64,000 nt of DNA from Protoeuglena noctilucae (lineage: Eukaryota): contig OY253680.1 in assembly GCA_958009085.1 (NCBI GenBank), positions 186,001 through 250,000 of the forward strand, written 5' to 3'. Position 1 is the first letter of the stretch. Every line of letters begins with the position of its first letter. This document shows positions 12,225-25,184 of this stretch, in pieces. Made by a program: the position numbers and the translations under genes. The notes under the pieces are model-generated. The model saw only the letters and a program-made list of their open reading frames with translations, did no database searches and had not been told where the DNA came from.

Positions 12225-14255
12225 ATGGCCGCGTCACGCATCGCTAGCCCGCCTGCGTGCGCGAGCCCTGTCCATAACAGACGTATCGGTCGCGCTTCAC
12301 CACCACGGGCGTCGGGCTTCCGATGTCTCGACGCCGAGGAGCAACGAGAGCAACTCGCGCCGCTGCTGGTCCAGCGGAGGCGGAGGAGTAGCTCCCTCGC
12401 GCGTAGCCAATCGCCGTCGTCCTCCGAGACACCTCATGATCCACCTCATGACCCGGTGAGTTCGTTTGGCTCATGAGCACGTCCTTTGGCGCGGGTGTCG
12501 GGGTGCAATTGTCTAGGTCTTGTCAATTCGCAGGGTAGAGGTCCGGGCACGTCTTGGGGCCCAGACCTGATGACCCTCGCCATTTTCCTCTTCCCTGCCA
12601 TGGGCGGCGCTGCTTTCGGCTACGACATCGGCAGCTCTTCCGGCGCCCTCGTGAGCCTCACAGACCCTCACACGAGCGGGACGGATTGGTACAACCTATC
12701 TGCAAGCGAGATGGGCGTGTTCGTGTCCATGAGCCTCTTCGGCGCACTTGCTGGGTCCGCGGCGGCGCTGGTGGCAGGCGACCGGCTGGGCCGCAGGGGC
12801 GAGCTTCAGTTGGCCGCGGTGCTGTACCTCGCGGGGGCTCTGGGAGGCGCCGCCGCACCGTCGTACGCGGCTCTGCTGGCCGCCAGGGGAGCTTACGGGC
12901 TGGGTATCGGTTTCGCCATGCACGCCGCCCCTGCGTACATTGCGGAGGCAGCAGCGCCGTCTGTGAGGGGCACGCTCATAGCTCTCAAAGAGGCTCTCAT
13001 CGTCACGGGCGTGCTGCTGGGCTACGTGGGGGGTTACGTGACCGTGGGAGCCGAGGGCGGGTGGCGGATGGCGCTGGGTGCCCCGGCGGCCCTCGCTGTG
13101 GCGCTCCTGCTCGGCATGACCTGGCTTCCCGAGTCGCCACGCTGGCTGCTGCTGGTGAGAAGCATTGAGCAGGGTGGACGGCACTGCTAGTGTTGGGTAT
13201 GAATGGATGGATGGGCACTGCTTGTGTTGGCTGTGGACGGGCGGCGCTAGGGTTGTTAACGTGTTCCCCAAGCACGCTTCCCCACAATGCCCGCAGGCGG
13301 GCAGGGGTGACGAGGCGCGTGAGGCGCTGCTGCGGTTGCGAGGCGCGGACGAGGCTGCGGTGGAGGCGGAGGTGGCGAGCGTGAGGAGGGCGGCTGAGTC
13401 GACGACGGCGAGCGACAAGGCATTCATGACGATACTGTCCTCTCCAAGGTAAGCATGGTACCCAGTGATACTGATGAAGTACTACCGCGTGGCAGGAGCA
13501 CGCCTGGAATCAGAGCATGCCTGGCATTGCACCTCTGCCCTAGGTCGTCACAAACGTCACGATTGCGTCCGGGCAGCTGGCTACGTATAAGCATCCTTGC
13601 GTGAGCCTTCTCATCCACCCTTCGTCGACCCAGGTACTGGCGGCCCGTGTCAGTGGGCCTGTCTCTCATGGTTTTCCAACAGATCACCGGCCAGCCATCG
13701 GTGCTGTATTACGCATCACAAGTCTTGCAACAGGCGGGTCTCACCGACGCCAAAGACGCCGCGGGCACGTCGGTGCTGATCGGGGCATGCAAGCTGGCCA
13801 TGACGGGCGTGGCGGTGGCGGCCGTGGAGACGGTGGGCCGCCGGCCTCTGCTGATCGGTGGGGTGGGGGCCATGACAGCCGCTCTCGTAGTGCTGTCGGC
13901 AGCAGCTGCCGAGGGGAGTGCCCTACCCGCTCTGGGCCCGGCCGCAGCCGTGGTCGCTCTGCTCGTGTATGTGGGGGCATATCAGGTGTCCTTTGGGCCC
14001 ATCTCCTGGCTCATCTGTGGGGAGGTCTTCCCCTTGACGGTGCGGTCTCAGGCGCTGGCGCTTGCCACGCTGGCGAACTTCGGGTGCAACTTCGGCGTCG
14101 CCCTCGTGCTGCCAGCGCTGCAGCGGGAGTGGGGCCTGTCGGGCACGTTCGCTCTGTTCGCGGCGCTCAGTGCCGCCGCCGTTGCCGTCATCGCCGTCAC
14201 TATCCCCGAGACCAAGGGGAAGGCGCTCGAGGAGATTGAGGAGATGTGGATGTGA
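12225..14255 (+). CDS. MFS sugar porter, D-xylose-proton symporter-like (VGT-type), probable plastid transit peptide
   Basis: FPAMGGAAFGYDIG, DRLGRR, YIAE, PESPRWL, QQITGQPSVLYYA, YQVSFGPISWL and PETKG motifs. R/S-rich first exon 12225-12455. Confidence 0.93.
13175..13253. repeat. Degenerate intronic tandem repeat (ggacggcactgctagtgttgg-like, about 3 copies)
   Basis: Seen directly in the sugar transporter intron. Confidence 0.6.
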
Positions 14256-14329
14256 GGCTATCCATGTTATGCTGTAGTAGCACTGGCCACCTGTGCCTAA
14301 GTGTGAGAGACGCCTCCTCACTCACGTTT

Positions 14330-14978
14330 TCAAAACAGACGGACCTTGAGGACGAGGATGCTGTAGATGTTGTACAGAATGACGAAGGTCACAATAATCT
14401 GCAAGTAGTCCACCCAGGTCGCACGGGGCGCGAGCGTGCGGTACAGCGTCCATCCACCATAAAGGATGGCCGGCGCGGCCGCGATGAGGAGCTCCGCCTG
14501 CGTGAATCCCATGAAGACGGGCTCGGCTGCCGCTTCCAGTGCTCCCTGCGCTTCCGGCGCCGCGGCTTCCGCAATGGACGCCACCTCGCACGCTGCGCAC
14601 AGGGGACGTCACGGACCCTTCGCAGCGTGGCGCCATGGACCTGGTAAAGGGCGCCCGGAAGCGACGTAACCGTGCACGTACTGGCTGCCTGCGCGCTCAC
14701 CGGCGACGGAGGAGGCGGGGGTCCAGGAGGGGGGAAGTGCATGCGCGGATGCAATCCTGCGGGAGCGGATTCGTGGGCGCGCTGTGCGCCTGAAGCTGCG
14801 CACCGGTCGATGCAACTGCTACTTTCAGCTCTGCATCGGCCCGCGGCAGCCCGGTCCTGATGCGGCGCAGGCGCGCAGCGCACCGAGATCTCGCCCGCAT
14901 TGCCGTGGAACCCCCCGTCGTCCTCCTCAGCGATGGAGGCGCGCGCAGTGCGCCAGCCCCCAATGCAACGGCCTCCAT
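14330..14978 (-). CDS. Small two-TM protein of unknown function, possibly plastid-targeted
   Basis: Last exon encodes ELLIAAAPAILYGGWTLYRTLAPRATWVDYLQIIVTFVILYNIYSILVLKVRLF*. Upstream sequence is A/R/S-rich and transit-peptide-like; 5' exon structure uncertain. Confidence 0.65.
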
Positions 14979-15399
14979 CTCCTCGTGAACGAAGGGAAGG
15001 CCTTATGGGCGCTTGGGACGCGAAACCTTTTCTCACAGGACACAGCGGTGCGTGACGCGTGCGGGTGACGATGACGATGGGGATCGGTGGCCAAAGACGA
15101 TACGCGTGTCCGCCCCCCGGTTGAGCCCGCACATGAACTCGCCGTCGTCCGACTGCTGTCAGTCTCGGCGCGCAGCTGATTGGCCCCGCTCCGTAGATGA
15201 CACGTCCCAGCAATACTCGCACGTTGTCGGCACGTTAGCCCAAAAGCGCGCGTCTTGGTCCCCCGGCTGGCTCGCCCCAGGCCCAGGCACTTACCAAGCC
15301 CGCTGCAGATGGTGTGAGGCCGCGCGGGGCCTCTTTGGGGCGTCGTTGGCTCGACTTGGACAGCTTTTCGCTTGACCGACTCGCGAGCCTTTCATCGTA

Positions 15400-18300
15400 A
15401 TGGACTGGGTGAGTTAGTTCGCCTCGAAACCTGCCCCTGGCATCGCGGCGCCCCTCGTCGCCACGCCCGCTCTCCCAGCGAGATGAATTGCTGCGTAGCA
15501 GTCGCGCTCCACGCGACGGGCTGTCGGATCGCGTGCCGCTCCCGATGGCCCTAGACATCGCAGGGCCTGGGCCCTCTGACTAACCGGGCGCTCGCGGCGT
15601 CATAGGCGCACAAATGTCAGCTGCCCGCACGTGGTTGGGTCGCAATAGGCGCACGGACCCCCCTTCCACCCCGCAGACCCAGACGCGGTCGGGGGAGGAG
15701 CCCCGTGACACTCCAGGGCTGGGCGAGCATGAGCATGTGAGTCGCTGCAGCGCCAGGACCCGTGCATGGCTCGCGTGCAGGCCCATACAGCCCCGTGCAT
15801 GGCAGCTGCGGGCGCCAGGGCCGCCGTGCGACCGCGAGGGCCGCGGGAGCGCGACGTCGGGGCTGGGCCCCTCCTAGCCGCGTCTGCGGAGCGCGCCGAG
15901 CCGGACAGGCCATCGGCCGATCGTTCATGTCATTTCGCCTTTTCTCGGCGACACTCGCTGCCCCGCGCGCGAGGCCGCGCCACCAGCTGCTCTGGTCGCG
16001 CATGTTTCGCTGGGCCCCCGGTTGCCCCGCAGAGCGTGGTGGACGAGGAGGTGCTGAAGAGGCTGCGGGAGGCGGAGAACGAGGACAGTGACGACAAGCG
16101 GGACAAGAAGATCAGCCTGGCGAAGCTCATTTTCCGCCTCTTGCTCTGGCTGGCCTCGATCCTGTGCATCCTCATCGGCGCCTTCACGTCCAAGGGCAAG
16201 AACACCTTCAGCACCGATCACTGGCGCTTCTGGGTCGTCGGCGGCCTCGTCATCCCGATATGGGACGTGTCCACGTGGAGTGAGTCTCGCAGCGCTGCAC
16301 CCGCGCGCCTGCACCCGCACGCCTGCGCCTGCGCGCCCGCGCCCCGCCCGGCCGCTTGATTTACTCGCTCTCTTTCTCTCCGCGCAGTCTTCAACGTCCT
16401 CTACGGACTGCTGGAGCACCAGGGCCAGATTTTCACCGACCGTGTGGCCTACTTCCTCATCCCGCTCCGTAACACGCTCATGAACGTCTTCCGGTGGTGC
16501 ATGTACCTCGCCGGATGGGCCAGCGTGATGGCCGTGCGCCACAGGGAGTCCATGTACAGCTACGTGCTGCGGGCGATCGTGTCGGTCGTCTTACTGTGGA
16601 CGGCGCGTGGCCTGGGGATCGCCTTCGCCCGCGGCATCTCCATCAAGTTCTACTCCGCCAACTACTTCACCAAGATGCAGGTCAGGGGCGGGCACGGGTG
16701 GGCATGGTTGGGCTGCCGGGTAGGGGTTCCGCTGCATCGACGCACAACCTTTACAAACTCGTCCCACGCTTTGATCCGTTTCCGCAGGGTTCGATCGAGA
16801 AGGAGTTCTACCTGCACGCCCTGACGCTGCACAAGCCCAAGCCGCGCCCGGCGCCCGCCAAGGGTCCCAGCCAGTACCACTTCGCACGGTCGAGCATGAT
16901 GTGAGTGGCGGGTGGCGATGCGGGGAGAGTCAGGCGCAGGGCCACGGTGTGCCTTGTGTGTGTCTCTTACATAGCAGAGCAGAGCAAAGCAGGATAGACC
17001 CAGGCGTGTGACATGTGACAAGCGACATGCCCAGCTCATCAGCTGTCTCTCTGCTGTCCATGTGTAATGCTCGACACCGTGCCCTTACACCCCTGCCTTG
17101 ACCCCTGCCTTAACACACAACAAACAACAACAACACACACACACACACACACACGCCTGCCTCAAACACAGGAAGATGTTCACGCGGCCTTCCTCCCCGG
17201 ACGCATCTGTGACATCCGGCACGAACGGGCAGGGCCCAGCAAAGACGGTTGACGGCAAGCGTGCGGGGCGGTGGTTCAATGGCGCGTCCCAGCGGCAGCT
17301 GACGGGGAAGGGCCCCTCGCAGCGGCAGCTGGCGATGACGGGGAGCGACACGCTGCGGCCGGTGCCCGAGTCGGAGCCCTCGCGCCTGGGCAGCATGACG
17401 AACGCCGGGGATTTGGAGCGTGGGGTCACGCCGGGGTTACCCGACCGTAGCTTCACCCCTGGCATGGATGGGATGAGCACGGGGCCTACGTCGGGGTTCC
17501 AGACGCCCGGGGTGGAGACGACGAAGTCGTCGTCATCGGTGGACATGAAGGCGCTGCTCAAGGAGCTGCAGGCGCTGGCGTTCATGTGAGGGGCTGCTGG
17601 TGTTGAGGGGGGGTTAATGAGGTGGTGTGTTGTTCATGTGAGGGGCGGTGGGATGGATGTTGAAAAACTGTGAGGGGCCAGGAAGACTGTGATGGCTGTA
17701 GGTCAAGTTGACTCTGTGTTATGCTGAAGCACTGCGCGGCATGAAGCAACAATGTGATGTGCTCCCGCCCGCAGGCAAATCGGGGGCAAGGACCAGGCGT
17801 CGCACATCCTGACCCTGCAGCGCTTCGTCCTGACGCACAAGCCCCAGGCGGCATTCCAGGCCAAGATCGGCAAGGTGTCTGCGTCCAGCACCGCCGAGAG
17901 CATCGCCAAGTCCGCGCACCGGCTCACGAAGGCGAGGGCCGGGGGCGGCGGGACGAATGGGGTTTTGAAATGGGGGGCGGTTGTGGTGTGGGTGACTTAA
18001 TCAGTGGATTGTTGTAATGATAGGGACACTCGCTGAATGTGCATGGGCGAACGATTGACGAATGATGAGGGTGGATGGTTGCTATCCCACTTCCCCACCC
18101 TTTCCCCCATGCAATGCCCCCACTGCTACCCGCGACCGTCACCCACCGTCACTACCCAATGCTACCCACGACCCCCACCCCGCACCCCCGCAGGTGATTT
18201 TCAAGAACCTTAGGCACCCCTCGCGCCCCCACATCACGCGGGACGACTTCGAGGGCGTGCTGCCAAAAGAGATGGTCGAGGAGGCCTTCCAGATGCTCAA

Positions 18301-20234
18301 CCCGGTCAACAACAAGTGCATCATCTTCGAAAGATGCGAGGTGAGGGGCTGGTCAACAATCTTCAACAATGCGGGGTGAGACCGATAGACCCCGTTGCCC
18401 ATGTGCGATGCGAGGTGTGAAGGGTGGGCATCATCGTTAAACACTGTGAGGCAAGACAATCTCGCCGCCTGCCTGCGTTCATATCAATCGCTGCTTTCCT
18501 CACCCGCAGCAAAGCATCAAGGAAATCTTCACGCAGCGTAGGGAGCTCAAGCGCGCCCTCAAGGACTCCAAGACCATGGTCGGGTCACTCAGGTGCGGGA
18601 CAGTAGCGACAGCAAACTTTTACAGTATATACCAGGTGCAGGATGGTCCCTTGTTAGCTACCTTAGCCAACACATGTGATGTCGTGCAATGTGTATCGCC
18701 ATGCTGGGCCCAACGGCCCTGCTCCTACCCCACCCCAACCAACCCCCCGCCCCTCTCCCCCTCCCCCAGGAGCGTGCTGGTGGTGGTGTTTGAGATCGCC
18801 ACCGTGATGATCATCCTTCTCATCTTCCGCGTGCAAGTGGGCACGCTGTGGGTGTCCCTCACCTCGCCCATCCTGGCCTTCACGTTCATCTTCGGCAACA
18901 CCCTCAAGACCATGTTTGAAACCCTGGTCATCATGTTCGGTCCTCATCCCTTTGATGTCGAGGACAAGCTGGTCGTGCCGGGGATCGGGTGGTGCAACGT
19001 GCTGGAAGTGACGCTGGTGAGAGATGAGGGGAGATGAGGGCGAAAGGGTGGTGCAACGTGCTGGAAGTGAACAGCAGACGTGTTTGGAAAGCCATCAATT
19101 AGCGCCCTCCAACCCCCTCACCACCCACACCCACCACCACCCCCCGCAGTGGCAGACGGTGCTGGTGGACTGGCAGGGCCAGCACTGGCACATCCCCAAC
19201 AGCAAGCTCCTGGCCGAGACGATCGTCAACGTCACGCGCTCCGACACCATGGGCGACGAGTTCGCCATATGGGTAGATTTGGAGACGGACTTCAACATCG
19301 TGGACGTGCTGTACGAGGAACTGGACAACTTCCGCAAGGCCAACCCCCAGCATTTCGGGGAGTGGGTCTCGTGAGTGCTTGTGTGCTTTGTGATTGTGTG
19401 TTGTATATTGTGTGTATTGTACATTATAGTTGTACTGAGTGGCATGGGGAGAGTGACTGGGGCGATGGGGCCGCGCAGCATCAGGTTGCTCAGCTAACCC
19501 CACCCTCTCGTTCACCGCACCCTCCACCCCCACTCACCCCACTCGCAGCGTCCGCGTGCAAAAGTGCGTCGAGTCCGGCCTCAAGATCCGCCTGGCCGTC
19601 TACTATGCGTGGGCATTCAACAACGTGGATCTGGGCAAGTGCGGTGACGCCAGGAACCTCATGTTCCGCAAGGTGCTGGAGATATTGCAGAGACACCGCA
19701 TCCGCCTCAGCAACCGGCAGGAGGTGAAGATCACCGACGTGCCCCCCACGCCCAGCACCACCAGCAACAGCATCCTGGACAGGTGAGGAGGGGTTTTTGG
19801 GGATACAAACACTCACCTTCACTGCTACCCCCAACTCTCACCCCCCAACCTCACTGCTACCCCGCCCCCACCCTCACCCTCACCCTCGCCCCCATCCCCA
19901 CCCTCACTGCTACCCTCACTTCCACCCTCACCCCAGGGCATTCGAAGCCGCCGAGCTCCGCCACCGCCACGCCCCCTTGCAACGGGGCCAGGAGGCCTGG
20001 GAACCCCGAGCCACGGTGCGCCCCAGCGGCTTGAGTGCCGAGGAACGTGCTACGGCCGAGGAGATCGCTTTGATCATGGCCAACGCAAGCGCCGCGCGCG
20101 CCGCGGCCAACGCCGAGGTCAACGGATCGAATCTCGCGGGGAATGGGGACCTGGCGCGGGCGTCGGTGCATGGTGCGGGGACGGGGACGGGGACGGACCG
20201 GGTGGACGTGGATCTGGGCCGGAAGAGCTTATGA
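15400..20234 (+). CDS. MscS-like mechanosensitive channel (MSL type, with EF-hand-like segment), about 12 exons
   Basis: LAFTFIFGNTLKTMFETLVIMFGPHPFDVEDKL and IPNSKLLAETIVNVTRS are MscS-domain motifs; several N-terminal TM segments. Start at 15400 is tentative. Confidence 0.9.
17113..17154. repeat. (CAA)n/(CA)n microsatellite in intron
   Basis: acacacaacaaacaacaacaacacacacacacacac read directly. Confidence 0.85.
19845..19935. repeat. Hexamer-like (ccctca/ccccca) intronic tandem repeat
   Basis: Read directly upstream of the last MSL acceptor. Confidence 0.7.
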
Positions 20235-20499
20235 GGGGAGTGGCGAATGGCGGCGTGGGTTGCAAGAGCACCTGAATGCCAGCGCTCACCCTGAACCCCC
20301 GACCAGTGCCCAGTTTGACGAGTGCTCTTCCTGACTCAGCGGCTGGCGCGGGCCCGCGTCGATTTTCCTATGCCGCCGCCGCGCGCCTCTTCCGGTCGCT
20401 TACCAACCCTGTGGCGCTTGCGCGGTCGGGAGCTGGGCACGCACGGTTATGCACCCCTCTGCAACTTGCTTGCGAGGCGGGGAACGTGCCTTGCAGCGT

Positions 20500-20652
20500 G
20501 GGGCTGCGGCGCTTTGCAGCTGCCGTGGTCTGCGGCCGCCGTGGTCTGCGGCTTTCGTGCTTTGCGACTGTGCCTTGACACAGCACGCGGCTTTCGTGCT
20601 TTGCGGCTGTGCTCGCCCCTCCCCAGCTTGGGGCTGCCGTGCTTTGCGACCG
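20500..20652. repeat. Degenerate tandem repeat (cggctttcgtgctttgcg-like, 3-4 copies) between convergent genes
   Basis: ggctttcgtgctttgcgactgtgc near 20550 and ggctttcgtgctttgcggctgtgc near 20589, with partial copies flanking. Confidence 0.75.
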
Positions 20653-21135
20653 CGACCGGTGTCCCCTGCCCCTCCCCCCTCCCTTTCCCCGCTGCCGTCC
20701 TGCATGACCGTGCATAGCCGTAGACAGCGGATTGGACCTCGCAGCCCCCCTGGGCGCAGTGACTTGGGCCCCAATGTCCAACTACCCCTCCCCCTTACAT
20801 ATAGCAATGCGGCCGGGCCACTTTCGCATCCGGCGCTCTCTCTGCCATTTCTCTGTCCAGTAGCCTTCGCTGTCACAGCGTTTCTCACCCTTAGAAGCCC
20901 TTGAATCGGCGTCGGAAACAGACGGTCACGGAATGCAGCAGAAAGGCGGGCACGTCAAAGCAAATGTCGAAGGCGCGAGGCGGATCACGAGCACGTGTCA
21001 GTGCCGGCGTCAGCAGAACGCAACAAACTCCCACCCTAACCCTACCACAACCAGCCACCAGGTCAACGATGATTAGTGGGTGTCCACCACTTGGAAACCG
21101 CACCAGCACCACGCTCCCATCAACCGCATCGACGG

Positions 21136-24100
21136 TCAGTTGTTCTCCACCACGCTGTCGCTCCTCTCCCGGGGCGTCATCAGCTTGGCCACCACCTGGC
21201 CCGCCCTCTGCGTGCATGTCGGCAAGCGTGGGAAATAGATCACGCGCACTCGCCCCTCGAGATTGGACAATGTAAACATGTTGCCATTCAGTGAACATCT
21301 TTTGAACACGGAAGCTGGTCTCAAGCTGGCCGGCGACTCCATGCCGACTGCCCTGCCCCGCACCTTCATCGCTTCCCCGGCCCTGGCGTCCCGGCCCGAC
21401 AGGACCGTGATGATGGAGTCCAGGCCAGCCATCCTGCAACGGGGAAAAAGCGACAGCTAACTTATCACCAGAAGCGTGTTTCTGCTAACAATGTAGATGA
21501 CAGAGGCCTGCTGCTGTCATCCCTGCCGCTCGCCTGTCCCTGCCACCCCATCTGCCACCATCGTCCGCCACCCCCTCACCTGTCCCTGCCGCTCTGGTCG
21601 GCCCTCAGCGCGTCCCTCAGCGTCATCGTCACCACGGCCACGCTGATGGGGAGGAGGAGGTGGGCGAGCACGGAGAGGGGCGCCGCGGCACGGCCGAACG
21701 TGGGCGTCAGGAACAGCGCCAGGCCCCAGACGTCAACGTGGACGCGCGGGAAGGCTGCGGGGGTGGTTATGGAAGGGTTTGAGGGAGGGTTTGAGTTCGT
21801 TACCTTGGGGTGCGGAAGGGGATACTGGGTGGTAAGGCTGGATGGGGGTTGACAGCGTGAAGTCTGAAACTTGCTACAAGTTGCCAGGGGTAGTGGTGTC
21901 CCGACGTTCCCCTCACACAGTCACCCTTTCGCGCAGCCAGCCAGCCACTTAGTCACCCACACCCACAGTCACTCAGTCCCACGCCCCTCACCTCTCGCCA
22001 CGGCCCGTGTCATCCACGAGGGGAGGTGGGCGTGGGCGAAGCTGGAGGCGGCACCGGAGGCACGGACCAGCATCTGAGAGACGGGCAGCGAGGGTGTAGT
22101 GACATGTTCCATTGTGGTGTGCACGAGCAGCGAGGGTGTGGTGACATGTGCGGTGGTTGTGCAAGTGAGCAGCGAGCGTGCGGTGTTTTGCGGAGCTTCC
22201 TGGTGAAATGGAGGTGAAGATAGCGTAAGTGTCACCCTTCACCGTCCTCCTCACCTCGACAGGCAGCGAGAGGCCGACGCAGAAGGCTGCCCACAGGCAC
22301 ATCGCCAGCCCCCAGGCCGCCAGGCACGCCGCCGCGAAGGCCCGGGCAGCCCACCCGTGGCCCCTAAGCACGATCGCGCCTGCCTTCCCCGCCCGGCACC
22401 CGACCGCCCGCAACGCCCTCCCGGCAACGGACGACGCGACCGGGGCGAGTGCCGAGGTCAGGATGCGGCGCGTGGCGGCCGCGGCGGCAAGCGTGGGGCG
22501 CGCGAGGGCGGCGAGTGCGGGGCTGATTGTGGCGCGGTGGGCGGTGCGCAGTGCGGCGGTGAGGAGGGCGAGGACGGGCGTGAAGGGGCGGAGGATCGCC
22601 TTGGTCGCGGCGCAGATGGCCGCTTGGAGCAGGGGCGGGGGGAGCCTGAGGGAAGGGAGGGAGAAAAGGGATTTTTTGGCTCTGGTCAGTGGTTCAGCAT
22701 AACTCGCTCCCTCACCCCACCGCTTCCATGACATGACTGCAGCCCACGTGCTCACCCGATGGCGCCCAGCAGCGTTGCAGCTGGCTGCTCTGCCTGCGCT
22801 TGCATGGCGTTGCAGAGGGCGAGGAAGGCGCAGAGGGCCACGCGGGAGGCCACCGAGAGGGCCGCCATGGTCAGCAGGTGGCTGTCCCACGCTGCGGGGG
22901 GAGGCGGGGTTGGGGTGCTGGGTGAGCGAGGTGGAGTGGGATGCAGGGTGCTGGGTCAGGTGGGGTGGGGCACAGAGTGGGGAGTGGGGGCACAGGGTGA
23001 AGCGGGGTGGGGCGGGGTGGAGCGTACACTGAAGCGCGGCGTAGCAATTTCGCTCGCTCACCGGGGACCCTAACAGCAGGAAAGGCCTTTTGCCAAAAAC
23101 GGACCAGGTGCTCCTCGGAGGCGACGAGGGCACCGTTGAGCAGGAAGAACTGCGGGGGTGTGTGGAGGGCAGATGAGCGAGGGGACGTGAGGCAGCACAC
23201 GGGGCCATTGCAGCTGGGTGCACACGGGCTGTGTCGACGCTGTGGCTGCATGTCCACAGCATGCATAACACTATGCACGAAGACCCGAGACCGACACCCA
23301 AGAGCCGTGCCTTCCCTGTGCACCCCACAATTTATACATGTCCAACCGTTGACCATCAATCATCGCCTCACCGCGAGCCAGGACTGGAAGGGCGAGGGCC
23401 GTCCGAGCGTGGAGCAGTGCACCGCCTCCATCGCCAAGCCCAGGAAGGCAAACGTCGCCAGCACCGCCACCGCGCGCCGCGAGGGTGGGGCCGAGGCGAC
23501 CGCGTCGTCCCTCGACTTCTTGGGGCTGCGATGCCAGGAAACGAATGGCAATATTCTTATTGTCATGTACATTTCTTGCTCTGCATGACCCTGACCCTCA
23601 CGAGCCACTCCGCTCGGGGCTGTTTTCAATGGGCATGTGGGCATATGAGCGTGTGAGGGGCATGGAGAGAATTAAATTGCAACCCTCGCAGACCCAGCAG
23701 CCCTCGCATCCCACTCTCGCTCCGCACCTGAAGGGCCCCGCCAGGGCCCCCAGCACCCGCCCGATGATGTTGCCGTTGCCGCCGTCCTTGGGGGCCACGG
23801 CCACCCGCACCGCGCTCCCCTCCACCACCGCCTCCATCACCAGCGCCTGAGCGCTCTGCAGCACCCCGCCGCCTGCGAGTAACCACGTTGTTCCTAGCAT
23901 ATAGCAACAACGAGCACGCCGCGTCTGTATCATTTCTGGTCATCTCTCGCCATGAGCCTCGACTGAATCGCGGTCACCAGCCCCGTTGGTGGGGCTGTTA
24001 TTGAGGCCCGGCGCTCATTCGCTCCCCACAGCCTCCGCGCCCCTCACCTGCCGCTGCCCAGAACGCCCCCACGGAGGCCGCCCAGGGGCACCCGGCCCAA

Positions 24101-25184
24101 CGGTGGGCGGGCGCCACGCGCAGAGAAGGGGCGACGTGGGCGACCAGCGACGCGCAGGCGTCCTGCACGGCCGCAAAGGCAGACAGGGCAGCGTACCAGA
24201 GGGCCAGGCCCTGGATCCACCGCGGCCAGGCCCTGCGGCGGTGGCGACAGCGGTGAGTGGGGTATGCAATGAGGGGCAATGAGGGATGCGGGTCATTGGT
24301 CTCGTCAGCTCCGTGCTACAGTGCTGCTGTGAAAAGGTAAACTTGAAGAGCGGTGCGCGTTTGGCTCTCACTTGTGCACGCCGGCAGCCAGGACGGGCAG
24401 CAGCACGGCCAGCTCCGCCGCCCTGCACGCGCGGTGGGAGCGCAGCGCGGTTTTCCAATCCACCGATGCCGCGAGGGCGGCGACCGAGTGGGGGATCGCG
24501 ACGGCCCATCGCGGCTGCTTGGCGGGGGTCCTCTTGTCCTCCTGCTTCCGCGGAGTGCTGCGGAGAGAACGCAAAGCACGGTTTTGGCAGGGAACAGATG
24601 CTGCTGCTGGGAACGGCGATACACTGTCACAACAGTATTCATACAGTCTTGAATTACAGTCGCTGTGTAGCTGCCCTCACTTGCTGGCATCCTTGCGCGG
24701 TGTGGAGGGGGCCTTCTGCGGTGTGGCGGGCGCCGGTGGGGTGGACAGCGGGGCCGCCGATGCGGGAATGCCGGCGGGCGACAGGGCCGGCCCGGCGCCG
24801 ACGAAGTCCACCGGGAGGAAGAGCACGGCGGCGTGCTCCGCGAGGTGTGTGAGCGTGAGGCCCTTGCCGATGATCGCGGCCAAAGGGCCCCGGCCCATGG
24901 CAGCCGCAGCGGTCCTCGGGAGGGCCAGCGCGAACACCAGGAACGCCGCCAGCGCCGACACGATCGCGGGCGTCTCGGAGCTCACGGGGCGCGACACCTG
25001 CGGGTGGGTAAAACAGCCGAATGCATGCATGCGCTGCGGTGGCCTGCAGAGGCGGGGCGTTTCACCGAGCTCGCGGGCGATGCGCACCAGGAGAGCCCCG
25101 GAGAAGAGAAGCAGTATAGACGGCACCAGGAGGAGCGAGCGCTTGCGGCCTGGGGGCGCGCGATCTCTGCGGGCGGGACAAGGA
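21136..25184 (-). CDS. Multi-TM protein with degenerate MBOAT_2 (wax-synthase-like) domain
   Basis: PWAASVGAFWAAA, AVLATFAFLGLAMEAV and FFLLNGALVASE occur in the same order as the wax-synthase motifs PYLxTSLQDFWGRRWN, VLATFLVSGLMHELI and FFLLHGVCVAAE. Start not located. Confidence 0.65.

Noticed and set aside
20500..20652. Repeat-spacer appearance suggesting CRISPR
   Set aside because: Few, degenerate and irregular units, no cas genes, and a eukaryotic context.
22080..22185. About 42-nt intronic tandem repeat considered as another exon echo
   Set aside because: The repeat (gcagcgagggtgt.gtgacatgt) is real but has no convincing match to the flanking exons.
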